Of a stretch of 49,968 nucleotides of DNA, positions 24,440 through 37,100 are shown piece after piece. The stretch lies in assembly GCA_018398765.1 (NCBI GenBank), contig JAHBMJ010000357.1:1-49968 (forward strand), given 5' to 3'. The stretch is from Chromera velia. Its lineage: Eukaryota. Within the stretch, counting starts at the first letter, position 1. Each line of letters starts with the position of its first letter. The notes below the pieces were generated by a model that was not told the origin of the DNA, did not search any database, and was given only the letters and a program-made list of their open reading frames with translations. The position numbers and the translations under genes were made by a program.

Positions 24440-25330
24440 ACCAATTTGTATGATATTAATATGTATGATATTGCGAGAGCTTTTCTCTTGAATTTGGATT
24501 TTTTTGTGTTTTTAAGCTTCGAAAAAATATGATGGTCAAGGTAGAATCTTATAAAAAGTTGTGTGATTGCATCTACTACTATCTAGGATTGCATTGTCGA
24601 AGTTGGATAAAAATCGATGATAATATTACCACCACAATCAATCAGTCAATGACAATCATTAATAAGTTAATAATAACAAAAATAATTAAATGATAACATG
24701 CAAACCTGAGATATAATATAAAACCTAGCTAGTGTTAAACGTTCAATAAAAAGTTTTTAGCAGTGCGTATAATATTTTATAAATCTAGTTATAAATAATG
24801 TACTATCATTCTTTTATAGGATAGGATAGGACTTATGTTCCGGGTGCCCCCCGCGGTCCACTGTCTTTGCCGAACGCTGAACGCCTTTTATGAGCCGATA
24901 GCGATGGTGTATGATGACGATGGTAATATACATACGCATATACAATATAAAGAATCTACTAAGATTTTTTTATATAACTTCTAGTATAACTTAAACCTTG
25001 AAGTTGGTGAGTCAATGGTGACTCGCATTTTTTTTATGCACTTCCAAAAATCATTGAAAAATGCGCTTTACATAAGTTTAATTATATTCTACTAATTCTA
25101 AATTGAATTGAGATGATATTAATCAATGTGATAGCAGCTAGCTAAGATAAATCTAAAGCGGTGTGAACTAGGCTATGAAGTAGCTTGACATGGGTGCTAG
25201 AGACTACTTGCGATGAGTTAGCGTTACTCATGCACAATGGCAAGCACTGCGGCATGCTGCTCCTCACATAGAAAAAGTTTGAATATAAACATCCTGGTTG
25301 AATTAATAATTAACTAAGTATGGATCAAAG
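24440..25330. repeat. AT-rich island, probably decayed transposon remnants
   Basis: Abrupt shift to AT/TpA-rich, ORF-free sequence. Contains (ATAGG)3 and a ~60-bp segment (about 24882-24945) similar to the reverse complement of about 14366-14428. Confidence 0.55.
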
Positions 25331-25822
25331 TGAACTGCTGTTGTAAAGAGCCGACCTTCCTCGTGCCGCATCATGCGTTATATATCGGTCACCGCATGCA
25401 TTTTTGAAATTTGGTCAATGCGTTTCATATCGGTTGATGAGACCGACCCAATCATGCAGGGTCAAAATTCGTTTACACAAGTCAGGGGGACACGTTCAAT
25501 CAGGCAACTAAGCGGAAATCAGCGGGAACAAGCAACAAGTGTTTTTAGCAGTACAGGCAGTACACGGTCAAATGATTTGGAGTCGAGCCATCGATCCTGA
25601 ACTTTTTTGTATTTTCAAATCTCATCCAGCATTGTTGTCGATCTTCATCATCATCCTCTCCTGTGCAGACTGCCGTTCTCAGCATGCAATTAAAGAATTT
25701 CTTCCGGAGAAGTCCGTGAATGAATAAGTGAATCGATGGGTGAAGGACAAAATCAGGGGTGTCTTCCAATAATGTACCGGTAGAGCAACGAAGCGACCAG
25801 TTTCTTTACATCTGTCAGACAC

Positions 25823-26777
25823 CTACCGCCGTGTCCGCAGAGACCCAACTGTACCTCTTCCTGACATTGTGCCCTCTCCCACTTCCTCCTCCTGTCTCTG
25901 GGACGATGACTCAGAGACGGGAACACCACTGACGGTGCCACTTTGAGACTTCTCAATTTCTGCCTCTCCTTCTTCTTGCGTCTCTGTGTCTGTCTCAGCC
26001 ACAGGAACAGACGAAGAAGCAGAAGATGTTGCAGTTTCCTCCATCGTGTCGACACTTTCCTCCTTTCCTCCATCATCAGCAGCCTCCTCAGTCATCACCT
26101 CAATCTCTGCCTCTTCACACGGCACTCCAACCCCACAGTCAGTCAGGATAGTCTCCCCCTCCTCTTCCTCAACGCGCCCCTGTGCCGCTCTGGCTGCGGT
26201 CAGAGTAGGCATATAAGAGGGAGATGCCACGGGCACCACAGGAACAAGGGGCAACGGTTCAAGGCTGGATGCGAACCCGTAACTGCGTGTCATGGCCATG
26301 TGCACCTCGTAGTGCTCAGGTCTGCCGAGGCACATGGCGGGCCCGGAGAGAACGCCGGGTTCACTTTCGTATCCCTCATCGGTAGAGAGGAGAGCGCACT
26401 GGCGGTTGGCAACGGAGAAGGTATAGGAGACACAGCCGGCAGTCTCTTGGCAGGTTGTCATGCAGTCCTCTGGCACTGCGGTGGGCTGCACAGATGTACG
26501 TGAGTGTGTAAATGAACAAACATATTGATTGATTCATTTACGAACGCGTACATTAGCTTGTGCATACGGATAGACGGGAGTATGCTTATTGGTCAGTGCG
26601 GAGCGTGCCCCCCCCCGTCTCCCGTATGCCATCCTCTGCTTTCTGAGCTCAAGAATCTTCAGTCTGACTGTCTATCTCGAGGCCTGACATGCATTTCCAA
26701 AAAAAACTAAAAAAACTATAAAAAGAACCAAAAGAAAGACACATACACACACTCTCTCTCCCACTTTCTCTCTGCTT

Positions 26778-26812
<35 letters not shown>

Positions 26813-29800
26813 CTCTCTGTCTCTGTCTCTCGCTGTCCCTCCTTTTCTCTGTCTCTCTATCTGTCTCTTTCTCAGTCTCTATGTCTGTCTCTGTCTGTCC
26901 GTCTCTGTCTGTCTGTCTCTGTCTGTCTCTCTTTTTCTCTGTCTCTCTCTCTCTTTCTCTTTCTCTCTCACTCGCAGACTCTCCCTCCTCCCCCCCCTCT
27001 CTCAGACACACACACCCGCACACACATGCACAACCGCGACAGACACAACCAGACAGAATCACATGAAGAAGAGAAGAAAAGAAAGAAACACCCACCCACC
27101 TGCATAGTCATGGAGGTCAATACCGTTCCCTGTGTCCTCACTCCCCACTTCGCACAGGCCACCTGAAAGAAAAAGCAGTTTCCATACATGCAAGATGGCC
27201 ACTAGATTCATTGAGACCCAATGCACAAAAAATTATCGGAACACTCCTCGGCAACATGAAGGGAAACGGGTAACTTCGCCTGTGTGCAAATCAGGGCGAA
27301 GGCAGACACTCGACAAGCGGACGTACTCCCGTGGAGGTAAACAAGGTGCATGAATGGAAGGAAGACAGTCATGCAGACCGGCAGTGACGCACGCACACTC
27401 GAACCAACCCACCTGTGAGTATTCAGGGAAGTCAAACAGGGGGTCTTCGCATTCACGAGGTCCGGTCACGGTCAGAGGAGACACCGCAGTCGCAAGGGCG
27501 CCGCCAGTTGGAGAGGTAGGGAACAGGTCACATCTGCAACAGACAAAACGCAACGGTGTATCCATCGATCATGTCGAGCTGGGAAAGGAATGCCGGCCGT
27601 TTAGCAATGTGGATGCTGTTCATGCCTTGCTTGAATGGTTTGTGTGCGTGCAGAGACCCTGGGAGGGTTCGTTTTTGTGTTTCCCGGTTCGGCTTCACTC
27701 TTTGTGATGATGCTGGAGGGGGAGACGGGGTTTGTGGTTTTTGCTTATGCGGGTGCGACAGTCGTAGAGATGATCATTTGCATGATTTCCCTTTCGTACA
27801 TCCTTCTTCTCCGATTTCTTTCTTGCGGATCCACTCGACGAATTGCTTCTTCCCTTTCTTTCTTCCGAACAGGAATCAAAGTCTCCCTCCCAACCTTTCA
27901 GCCAGCGTCCCAGCAGCATGCCAGTTCCAGCCCCCACAGGCGGGCAACATCGCGCACAGTGATTTGCAGTCCCGCCAGTCAGCCACCTGAAGGAAAGAAC
28001 AGAAACACACCCTCACACAAGCATCACTCACACCCACATGTTCAAGCACAGGCACGCGGAGAACACCCAGGCTCCCACACCCTTTTATCCATTTCCTCTA
28101 CGCTCCTGTCCGGTAACTTTTCATCTCTCCCCTCTTAATTAACCGTCTGCCCCCGGACACATTTGAATCTGCCTGCCAGATCAAAGAAAGACCAAGGGGG
28201 GACGGCCTCTGACTGACCCTGTAGGCGGCAGCCGGGGTCTCCGAGATTTGTTTCCGCCACTCGACGCAGTGAGGGAGGTGTCTCCTTCCGTTCACGGGTT
28301 CCTTCGGCCAGGGGAGCTCTCTGAAGTAGTCCCCCATTTTCCTGGACTGCATTGCATATACATACATGCACTTGGGGGTGTCTGTAAAACCTAAGGATAC
28401 ATGGATATGGATGCTTGTTTGCGTGTTCGGCCAGGAACAGTGTCTTTCGTGGCGGACCTTTTTCGCTTACTGCATAATGTCGATGGGAGAGGCCAAGCGT
28501 GATGTACAAAAACGCAAAATAGAAACTACCAACTGCTTTACCACGGGAAAAGGGCTATATATAGAGCAGTCACCCTTCACTTGACGCTTCTTAACCGTCT
28601 AGAACGACAAATCGGAATCAAATTACAGACAACGGAGTCAGAACGAAGATGGGACGGCGACAAGTTGAAACACCGCAAGGAGGAAAGGGGAGGAAAAGGA
28701 GGGAAAGAAACGAGGCTTGTTTCTTTCACTTGTTTGTCGCTTGCCTCACTTTCTGCAGCGCAATGTCCTGTGCAAAACCAGAAAGGAAAAAAGAAGGAAA
28801 AGGCAGGAAAGCTCCACGCGATCTGATTTCCGTAGATTCCAAAAGCAAAAAAAAGAAAAGTATTGCATGAAAATAAAACGAAAAACATGCACGGACCCAC
28901 CCTCCAGACAGGAAAACGGCGAGACAGCTCGACGGAAGGGCACTTCTTCGGACCGGAGACGTATCGAATGGAAGTGTCGTAGCCTGCAGAGAAGAAGGAA
29001 GGCCGGCAGACAGTCGGGCAGGCAGAAAGTCTGGAAGTCTGGGGGGTGCAGAAAGAGGAACAAGAGTGTGTATACTACCGTCATCTGTTCTCAAATGATG
29101 CTGGGTACTTTTTTCTCCTTCTCTGTGTGGCGCCTCTTTAAACCGGTCCAACTTGACATACCGCTGATGGTGTAGACAGGGTTTCAAAGGTGGTGTGGGG
29201 CAAGGAAAACTGTATGAATCTTCATATGCGGTTGTAGCGAGCTAGCTTCTGCATGATGACTTGCAATGATGTGATGGATCAATCAATGTGTTTGTTGACT
29301 GACTGACTGACCCGAGATAGCGGCTGCAGAGTCATACAGATGGCACCTCTGATCCTGCTCGGAGAGAGAAGTGGGTGCCTCCCAGCTCCAGTACGCACAC
29401 CTGAAATGAGAAGAAGGAAATCAAATCACATGAGGGAGATCAGTTGATTCCGTGGCATGCACCCGTGTGTCCGGACAAAATCGTCCGTCCTACACACTCA
29501 CTCACAGAGAGAGGGAGCGCCAGCACTGGCAGACGTCTCAAACCAAATGCAGCTTTTTGAGAGGGAGACGTTGCTAGGCTACAGAACGAAAAGGAGGGTA
29601 ACAAGAGATCGGTCAGAAGAGAGAAATACAATAAATGAAACGACAGGAGTTCCAAAGCAACGTACACACCCCTCCCCCCCTGCATCCATCCATCCATCCA
29701 TTCATCCGTCTATCCCTCTTCCCAACTGGCTCGTGATTCTGGGGTTTCCTTTCAGATCCCGGAAGAGACAGCAGAATCGCTGTGAGGAAAAACTCCCTGG

Positions 29801-31155
29801 AACATTCTCTCTCCCTTCACCAGTCTTTCCAATAAATACCAAAACACCCCCAACCTTCCATCCATCCATCCATCCATAGGCCTACCTAGGGTCCCTGTTG
29901 CACATCATCTGACACGCCGTGTTGTCTTCCCCATTCCTCACAGACTCGTAGTCGTCCCCCTCAATCTGGAGGCCCACCACCTTGCAGGCAGAATTGGCCA
30001 TCTCAGGAAAGTCACTGGGGGGCAGGTAGCAGGTCTTGGGGCCGCTCACGGTGGTGATGGAGAACCTGCACGCACATGCACGCAGGGGTCCCGTGTGCGT
30101 TCATTCGGTGAGGGTTCACATACAAGAAGTTAGAGGAGAGAGAGAGTTGACCGGCATGCCTCGTGTCCGTGTGCTAGGGCGGATAGTTCTTCAATTACAC
30201 GTCTTGAAGCTCCATCATGTTAAGTTCTTTGCACCTGGTCAGAATGTTTCCTTGTCACACACACTCGACGGAATTGAGAAAAGCCTCACGAAGAAAAGAA
30301 GAAAGAGAAGGCGTTTGTCACTGCCTGAACAACTTCGCAGAAAAACACCAGATATTCATGTACAATACTTGAAACAGCCCAAGGGGTCTTTCCTTCATGC
30401 TGCGGTTTTTCTTCTGAAATTCTTTTACGCGCTCTCTTTTCCTCCCCTCTCCCTTCTCGGTCTCTCTGTCTCTGAGCCCCCTCCCTCTTTTCTCCTCCGT
30501 TTCTACCGTCGGACTCACTCCCATTCTCCGGTGGTCTCAAAAAGAAGCTCGCACTGGCGGCTTCCACGATACCTGCGAGCCAGATAGACGGACAGGCAGA
30601 CAGACCGACAGATAGACATGCACTTTGAGGCAGACGCTATACCAGCCACCGGTTTGCAGACTTAGGGGCTGTGATCAGTAAACACTGAGAAGTAGGCGGA
30701 CCCGAAAAGAACACTGTGGTGCCATCCAGGCCCGCATTTGTTTGAGGCAGGCCACAGAATTCGGATCTGCTTTCACGAATGAAATCTGTGTATGTGGTAT
30801 GGAGGGGCAAAAGACCACAAGTACGAGAGGATGAATCCAACTTACCGGAAGTAAAGGCAGAAATCGTCATACTGGCACTCTTGTTGGCAGTCCTGAAAGG
30901 AACAGTTCATCACAAACAGTGGACACCAAATGGATACATCTGTACATGCATTTCAAACAACAGTCAATCAAGGGAAGTACTACTGAGCGTACTCACTCTG
31001 GGATCATCAATACCCTGAATGGTTCTGTACTCTTCCCCCCTCAACCTCCACCCCACCTCCATGCAAAAGGGGTCATCAACGCTCTCACTAACGATGAAGA
31101 GCAGAGAAAAAAGGGCAGATGCAGCAAGGATTCTCTGCCCGGACCACATTTGCAT
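25823..31155 (-). CDS. Secreted protein with four PAN/Apple domains and an acidic Ser/Thr/Glu-rich tail (~588 aa, 12 exons), microneme MIC4-like adhesin/lectin
   Basis: In-phase exons 31155-30997, 30892-30846, 30572-30519, 30065-29886, 29400-29312, 28983-28901, 28767-28750, 28341-28144, 27986-27895, 27533-27413, 27162-27100, 26485-25823. Signal peptide MQMWSGQRILAASALFSLLFIVSES. Four Cys modules with C-x3-C...C-x2-(F/W/Y) cores end in VSGPKTC, VSGPKKC, VTGPREC and LSGPAMC. Confidence 0.88.
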
Positions 31156-31679
31156 TCGTTTACTGTTGCTGTCTTTCGCGAAACGCTCTCTCAGTTTGCA
31201 CGGGGGACTTCTGAACCGAACGTTTCCTTCGACCAGAGATCCACAAGCTGAATGTATATTAATACAAGCGTGCGAACGCGTCTTCTTCCAGGCCGCCGGG
31301 ATGAGAGGTCTCAGAGATGAAATGGTGAAATGCCTGACCTTAATTGCAATTAATCTTGAAGCGCACATTTCTTTGCGAATTCGGCTTTTTTTGTCGCTTT
31401 CCGGGGCCATGCGTTCCTTGGACGTACGCGCATTGAAATTTGCGGGGCCCCGCAATGGAATTTTGGGGGGCACTTTCTTTGAAACTATTTTGCCTGCTCG
31501 CACGGACACAAAGGAATCAGAGCCTATATAGCTCTTGCAGTCTCTCTCTCATCTCGACAATTCTCGACAACAGTCAGTTTGCTTGAAAGGTTGACAAATG
31601 GCCGTGCCTTCCTTCGCAAAACGGTTTCGTGGAGGTGATTCAGACAGGCTTGAGACGAGAGGGAAAGTTCTGTTTCACC

Positions 31680-32039
31680 ATGCAGGCTGTAATTCTCTTC
31701 TTCGCACTGTTTGCAGTGCTTTCGCGGGCGTTTTTGCTGGTCAGACCTGTCTCACGAAGTTTTTCCACTCAAATGGAGGCCATGAGTGCACGCTACACCG
31801 ACCTTGACGAGGCCAAGACGATCAAGGACCAGGTCTCTGGCTTTGTTGCAGACATTCCTCACCAGCGATTCATTGGGGAGACAAGGGAAGACACACCAGC
31901 AGACGAGCAGGAAGTGAGGGCGAAGATCCTTTTGAATCTTCTCATGGATGGAAAGACACCCACTGCCTCCAAGACGCATAAGAAGCTCTTGGACGGCCTT
32001 AAGAGCAAACCCGCACCCGTGGCCGCACCTTCAGAATGA
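31680..32039 (+). CDS. Small single-exon protein (119 aa) with bipartite signal + transit-like presequence, putatively plastid-targeted; function unknown
   Basis: ATG in acc-ATG context at 31680. Hydrophobic signal MQAVILFFALFAVLSRA is followed by F-LLVRPVSRSFSTQM (Phe at +1, Ser/Arg-rich, no acidic residues). Codon usage is gene-like and the stop is TGA at 32037-32039. Confidence 0.75.
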   Translation: MQAVILFFALFAVLSRAFLLVRPVSRSFSTQMEAMSARYTDLDEAKTIKDQVSGFVADIPHQRFIGETREDTPADEQEVRAKILLNLLMDGKTPTASKTHKKLLDGLKSKPAPVAAPSE

Positions 32040-32759
32040 GGAGGGAACCCGTTCTCAAGTGATTTTTACTGACCCTCCCCCCCACCTTTGCCACTTTCAG
32101 GGTGTTGTCCCTCTTTCTAGGAGACGCTGAGAGTGGCCAGCAGCCCTCCCTGCACTTCTACCCTTCTCTCTCGTCTTTCTCTTTGGACGAATGAGCGAGT
32201 GAGGAGAGGCGGTGCGGGTTGACGTAGTGCCGTTTTGATTGAATCTGTCCTCTTCTTGTACTATCGATGAGATGAATGATTGAAGAGTGAAGGGAAAGCG
32301 TTTGACGTCCCTCCCTTTTGTTTGGGTCGGTTCCCTCTCGGGGCGCTTTGATCCCTAAAAGAGAGGTCAAGAGAAGAAAAGAGACCCGTCGGCGGAGCTG
32401 AAGGTACACACACCTGTGGCCGTCCACTCCTGAAATGGAAAGGAAGGAGATGGAACGACTGGCAGTGGATCGACTGAATGCAGCCGGTCTTGCCAGACTG
32501 ACAGGGGAGACTTGAGAGAGGGGATTGGAACATCGAACTGTGTATTGTATTTCAGTTTGGAACTGCAAATGCACAGATGGACAGGAAATCTTTTGTCTGT
32601 TTCTGTAAGGGGATGTGACTCAGTGTTGGTATTGTGTTTTTGCCTGTCCGTTTTTTCGACCGTTCCCTTTTTCATTCCTGACTTTCTTTCTCTCAGTTCA
32701 CTTGTGTTCCGTTGTTTTTCTTTTCACGCTCTGTACTGCGGCGTTGGCGTTCCTCCCTC

Positions 32760-33150
32760 CTTTTCTTGATGCTGCCGGTGTTGTCTAAACTTGTCCCATA
32801 TGTTTTTCTTGGTGCTGCCTGTGTTGTTTTTCGCTGTTTTTGTCTCAGCTCTTTTTCTTTGCTGCTGCCTGGACGTCTTGTGTTTCACTTGTTTTGTCTC
32901 ATCTCTTTTTCTTGCTGCTGGCTGTGTTGTCTTTTGCTTGTTCTTTCTCAGGTCTTTTTCTTGCTGCTGCCTGTACGTGTTGTCTTTCGCTTGTTTTGTT
33001 CCAGATATTTTTCTTGCTGCTGGCTGTGTTGTCTTTCGCTTGTTCTTTCTCAGGTCTTTTTCTTTGCTGCTGCCTGTTCGTGTTGTCTTTCGATTGTTTT
33101 GTCTCCTCTTTTTCTCGCTGCTGCCTGTGCTGTCTTTTCGCTCGTTTTGT
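32760..33150. repeat. Minisatellite of alternating ~49/53-bp monomers (102-bp dimer), copy 1
   Basis: Units cttgctgctggctgtgttgtctttcgcttgttctttctcaggtcttttt and cttgctgctgcctgtacgtgttgtctttcgcttgttttgttccagatattttt. Confidence 0.85.
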
Positions 33151-34104
33151 CTCGGGCCCTTGGCTCTTTTAGGAAGACTTTTCCCTGTTTCTACCTGTTT
33201 CGTACTGTGTTGGCTTTCGTGGTCTTTGGCTTGTTCTTTCTCAACTCTTTTTCTGTTTTCTGGTCTGGTTGCTGCCTGCCTATAGCTGACTGCATGTGCT
33301 AGTGCATGTGTTGTTTTTCGTTTGTTTTCTGACCACTTTTCCTTGCTGCATAGTACTGCAAAGCAACTTGCTGTTCAAATTGCCTGTGCTACTTTATATT
33401 GTTTCAAGATGGATAGTACAATTTCTTTTTTTTCCTTATTTTTTCAACTTTTTTGTTTAAATTTAAGTCTTAAAATGTTGTGAGATGGCTTTCAATTCTA
33501 TATATTCTAGGTTTTATGATCGTGAACGTTTTTCCACTCAAAAACGAAAAAAGGTTTTATGATTGATTTCTAGACTAGTCATATTAATTGATTGATTGAT
33601 TGATTGATTCATATATTTAATTTAGCATTGATTATAATTTAGGTATAATAACACCTATAGTCGTGAAGCAACAGCTAATGAGCGTCAGAGCAACTCAGTA
33701 GTGAGCGTCAGAGCAACTCAATACTAGGCTATAGCTTCACCTAGATATGATCTCGATCTCGTGGCCTCATCGACAGAAGGAGTGTCAATGTACGGTCTCA
33801 CTGTTTAGCCTCTAGATAGGCCAGTTTAATGCAGTACTTTCTGTCTAACTGCATTTATGCATGCTTAATCAATCCGCCGTGCGTGCTGCATGCATGTGCA
33901 TGCATTTTCGCGTTACCTGCGCTCGCTTTGCGCGCAGGTCATGAAGCTTCGACTTGGCGCGGATTGACTTGACTTTGTTGGTGCCACTTTATAACTATTC
34001 CCTTCTTTATGAGCGGTAGCGGATAGAAGGGAACCCGTCAGCGTGTTGGTGGTCAAGAAACTTCACGTGCTGGTCTTGCTGCTTGTGTCCCATCATGTCC
34101 CATC

Positions 34105-37100
34105 CGTTACGTTGTGGCTTGTACGGCGACTTGATCACCCGTCAAACTTGCTAGAACTGGGACTGGGAAACTAACTTCGCAATACTAAGCCCAGCCGGCA
34201 TTAATTAAGTGCATTAAGAGAATTAAGTGACAGACTGATAATACAGAGAAAGAAATAATAGACTTGCAATACAGAAATAAATAGAAGCATGCCATACAGT
34301 CTTCGTCCATCTGTATCGCTTGAATGGAGTCCTTGGAAGTGAACTCTGAGTGACAGACTTAAGGAGGTAAGGTATGATAAGTCCCCAACTAGACTACGTT
34401 CTTAGTCTAGGGGGAAATCTGACGTGGTAGCAGCAGAGCCCCGGTCCTCTACCTCAGGGAGACCCCGCTCTGCCTCTCAACCGTTGTTTGAAGTGCGGGC
34501 AGGATGAATCCGTCTGCTATCACTCCTGAGCTCATCCAGCAGCTCATTCAAACTCAATAGCAGCAACAAGCTGAAATCTAAGCACTGCAGGTCCAAAACG
34601 GGCAGTTAACTCAACAGAATCAACAGCTACACCAAGAGCTGATCAACCATCAGTAGACAGTCGTGACAGCACAACAGGGCACCGCGGGGAACAGCCCCCC
34701 AGCGGCCGTGAAGTTAAACTTGAAACTCAAAGAGCCGTTCACGTACACAAGCAGTCGTAAACAATTCCCAGATTCAAATTTGGCTCCGTACGACAGAGAG
34801 ATGGCTTCGCTTGTCGTGAGCGTCGGAAGCTGAGAAATGCGAAGCAGCATATTAGTACCTATCCTGTTCCCTGCAGACTCTGAGGTGGTACGAGCTCGAA
34901 AACCTCTGAACGCCGTTCCAGGGGTGGAAGAATTTCAAAGAGACGATTGGGAAGAAATTCAAAGACCCAAATGCTCAGACACGTTTGTGAAAGGAAGTCT
35001 GAGCGATGAAATGTAGGAACAAGACAGTATAGAAGTACACCGATGACTTCATAGAGAAGGCCATGCAAATTGAGGATATTACAGAAGCCGACCTGCTGCA
35101 CGACTACCTCAAAGGATTGCCAACTGACATTCATCTCGCTGTGAAGCGTCGGGGAGTCACGGGATTTGAGGCTGTCATGACAGTGGCAGACGAGGAAGAC
35201 CAATTGATCCGAGGCAAGCGCGCTGATGGGGGCGGGCATGCGGTGCAACAGCATAACACGGATGGGCCTGCACCGATGGAAATAGATCGATTGTCGTGCC
35301 TATACGCGCTGTCGCACGAGCAGGTGCAGAGGCACATCAGAGAAGACAGATGTTTCAGCTGCCACCAACAGGGCCACCGGGCGAACAGGTGCCTAAAGTT
35401 CAACAACCGTCTCCTCCCCCAGCAGCTGCACCGAAACTTCCCATACCAGTCATTTCAGCAGCAACAACAGCAGCATCAAAATGCCCCTCCCCGCCCTGAC
35501 AATCGGAATTTCAGGCATATGGGGGTCGGCAACCCTCTCATGCAACCTCAGAGTCCGGTGGTGCCCTCAAGTCTTGCACCTTCACTCATGCAGCACCAGC
35601 AGATATGGCAGCCTGCCGCATGCCCAGTCACTGACTTCTCGCCGGGGTTGTGGGGGTCGCAACAGCGGAATCAGAATGCAGGCATGCAAAACGGCTATCC
35701 ATTTCGCAGATACTACTCCACGAAGACCTCCCGCGTGCCGGGGAAGCTCATCCGCTTCCACGGTCGGTTGGCAGGGGTCCCTGTTCACTGTCTATACGAT
35801 CCTGGGGCAGATTCGAACTTCCTTACCCACTCCGTTGCCGAGTCAAACCGTTTCACTCTCTGGGATCTCGATGAGCCGACCGCATGCAAGGGCGGGTTGA
35901 ATGGGGGACTGCAGCTTCCGATTTCTCAGGAGGTCAAAGGCCTTCCCCTCTGCATCCAGGGCTTCAGCGCGCCTCTGGATCTCACAGTAGTCGATCTGGA
36001 CAATGATTACGATGTTGTGTTGGGGATGCCCTTCTGTGAGGAATACATTCCTATCCTACATTACTGTGAGAAGGCCCTCACGATCCCCGCGTGTGAGTCG
36101 CCGACCGGGAGAGACTTGCTCCTGCTTGACAGCGAGGAGTACCCGGCGGAAGGGGAGGGGGAGGACTTCTTTAGCCAGAGAGAGCTCCGTCGGCTAATGA
36201 AGAGACCCAGTTCCCATGTGTATCTGTTCCATCTCGAAGCAGTGCGGAAGGGGGGGGTGAGTGATATGTTGGGGGTGCATTCCCTGCAGTCTGCCATAAG
36301 CCCGAAGACCCACCGCCCCTTTCATCTTTCCCTCCTGACCATCCTATCAATTCTTCGACCTACACGGGATTCCAAAAGCACCTCCAGAGCAAAGAGGTTC
36401 CACCCAGCGTCCGACCGGTTCTCAAAAAACATTTTGATCGGTTCCCAGACGAGCTCCCGGGTCTCCCGCCCCACTGAAAGATCGAGTGTGAGATCAAGCT
36501 CGAGGCAGGGCACTCTCCTCCTGCAAGAGCACCCTACCGACTGTCATACGGTCAGCTTAACGAGCTGAGGCAGTAGTTAGACTCATACCTTAAGAAAGGG
36601 CATATCCGCCCTTCGACAAGTCCATACGCTGCGCCAGTCCTGTTTGTGCAGAAGGCAGACGGGACACAACGGATGTGTATCGACTTTATGGGACTTAACA
36701 AGATCACAGTCCGCGACAAATTCCCCATTTCTCACCCAGAGGAGCTGCTGAGTCGCTTCCATGGCGCAAAATTGTTCTCGTCTCTGGACTTACGGCAATA
36801 CTTCCATCAGACAAGGATCAGGGAGGGAGACGAGGAGAAGATGGCATTCGTTATAAGGTACGGCAGTTTTGAATGGCTGGTGATGCCGTTTGGTTTGTGT
36901 AACGCACCTTCCATCAGCATATGTCTCATCACGGATGTGCTCAGACCACTCCTTGACAAGTGTGTTATTATATTTATTGATGATGTTCTTGTTTTCAGCC
37001 GCACTCCGGAGGAGCATATCGAGCACATCAACTAAGTCCTTTCCCTTTTGAGGGAATACCAGCTCTACGTCAAGGTCTCTACGTCAAGGCTTCGGACAGA

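Noticed and set aside
30637..30870. 77-aa minus-strand ORF as a separate gene or exon
   Set aside because: It lies mostly in an intron of the Apple-domain gene; the in-phase chain 30892-30846 to 30572-30519 restores the Cys pattern without it.
32712..33302. Hydrophobic Cys/Phe/Leu-rich ORFs here and at 40869-41780 as membrane proteins
   Set aside because: They are open in several frames only because the T-rich, A-poor minisatellite strand lacks stop codons.
33678..33720. GAGCGTCAGA repeats in the TRIM LTR as a tRNA-Phe-derived segment
   Set aside because: The match is only about 10 nt and no cloverleaf or B-box is visible, so no tRNA gene can be supported.
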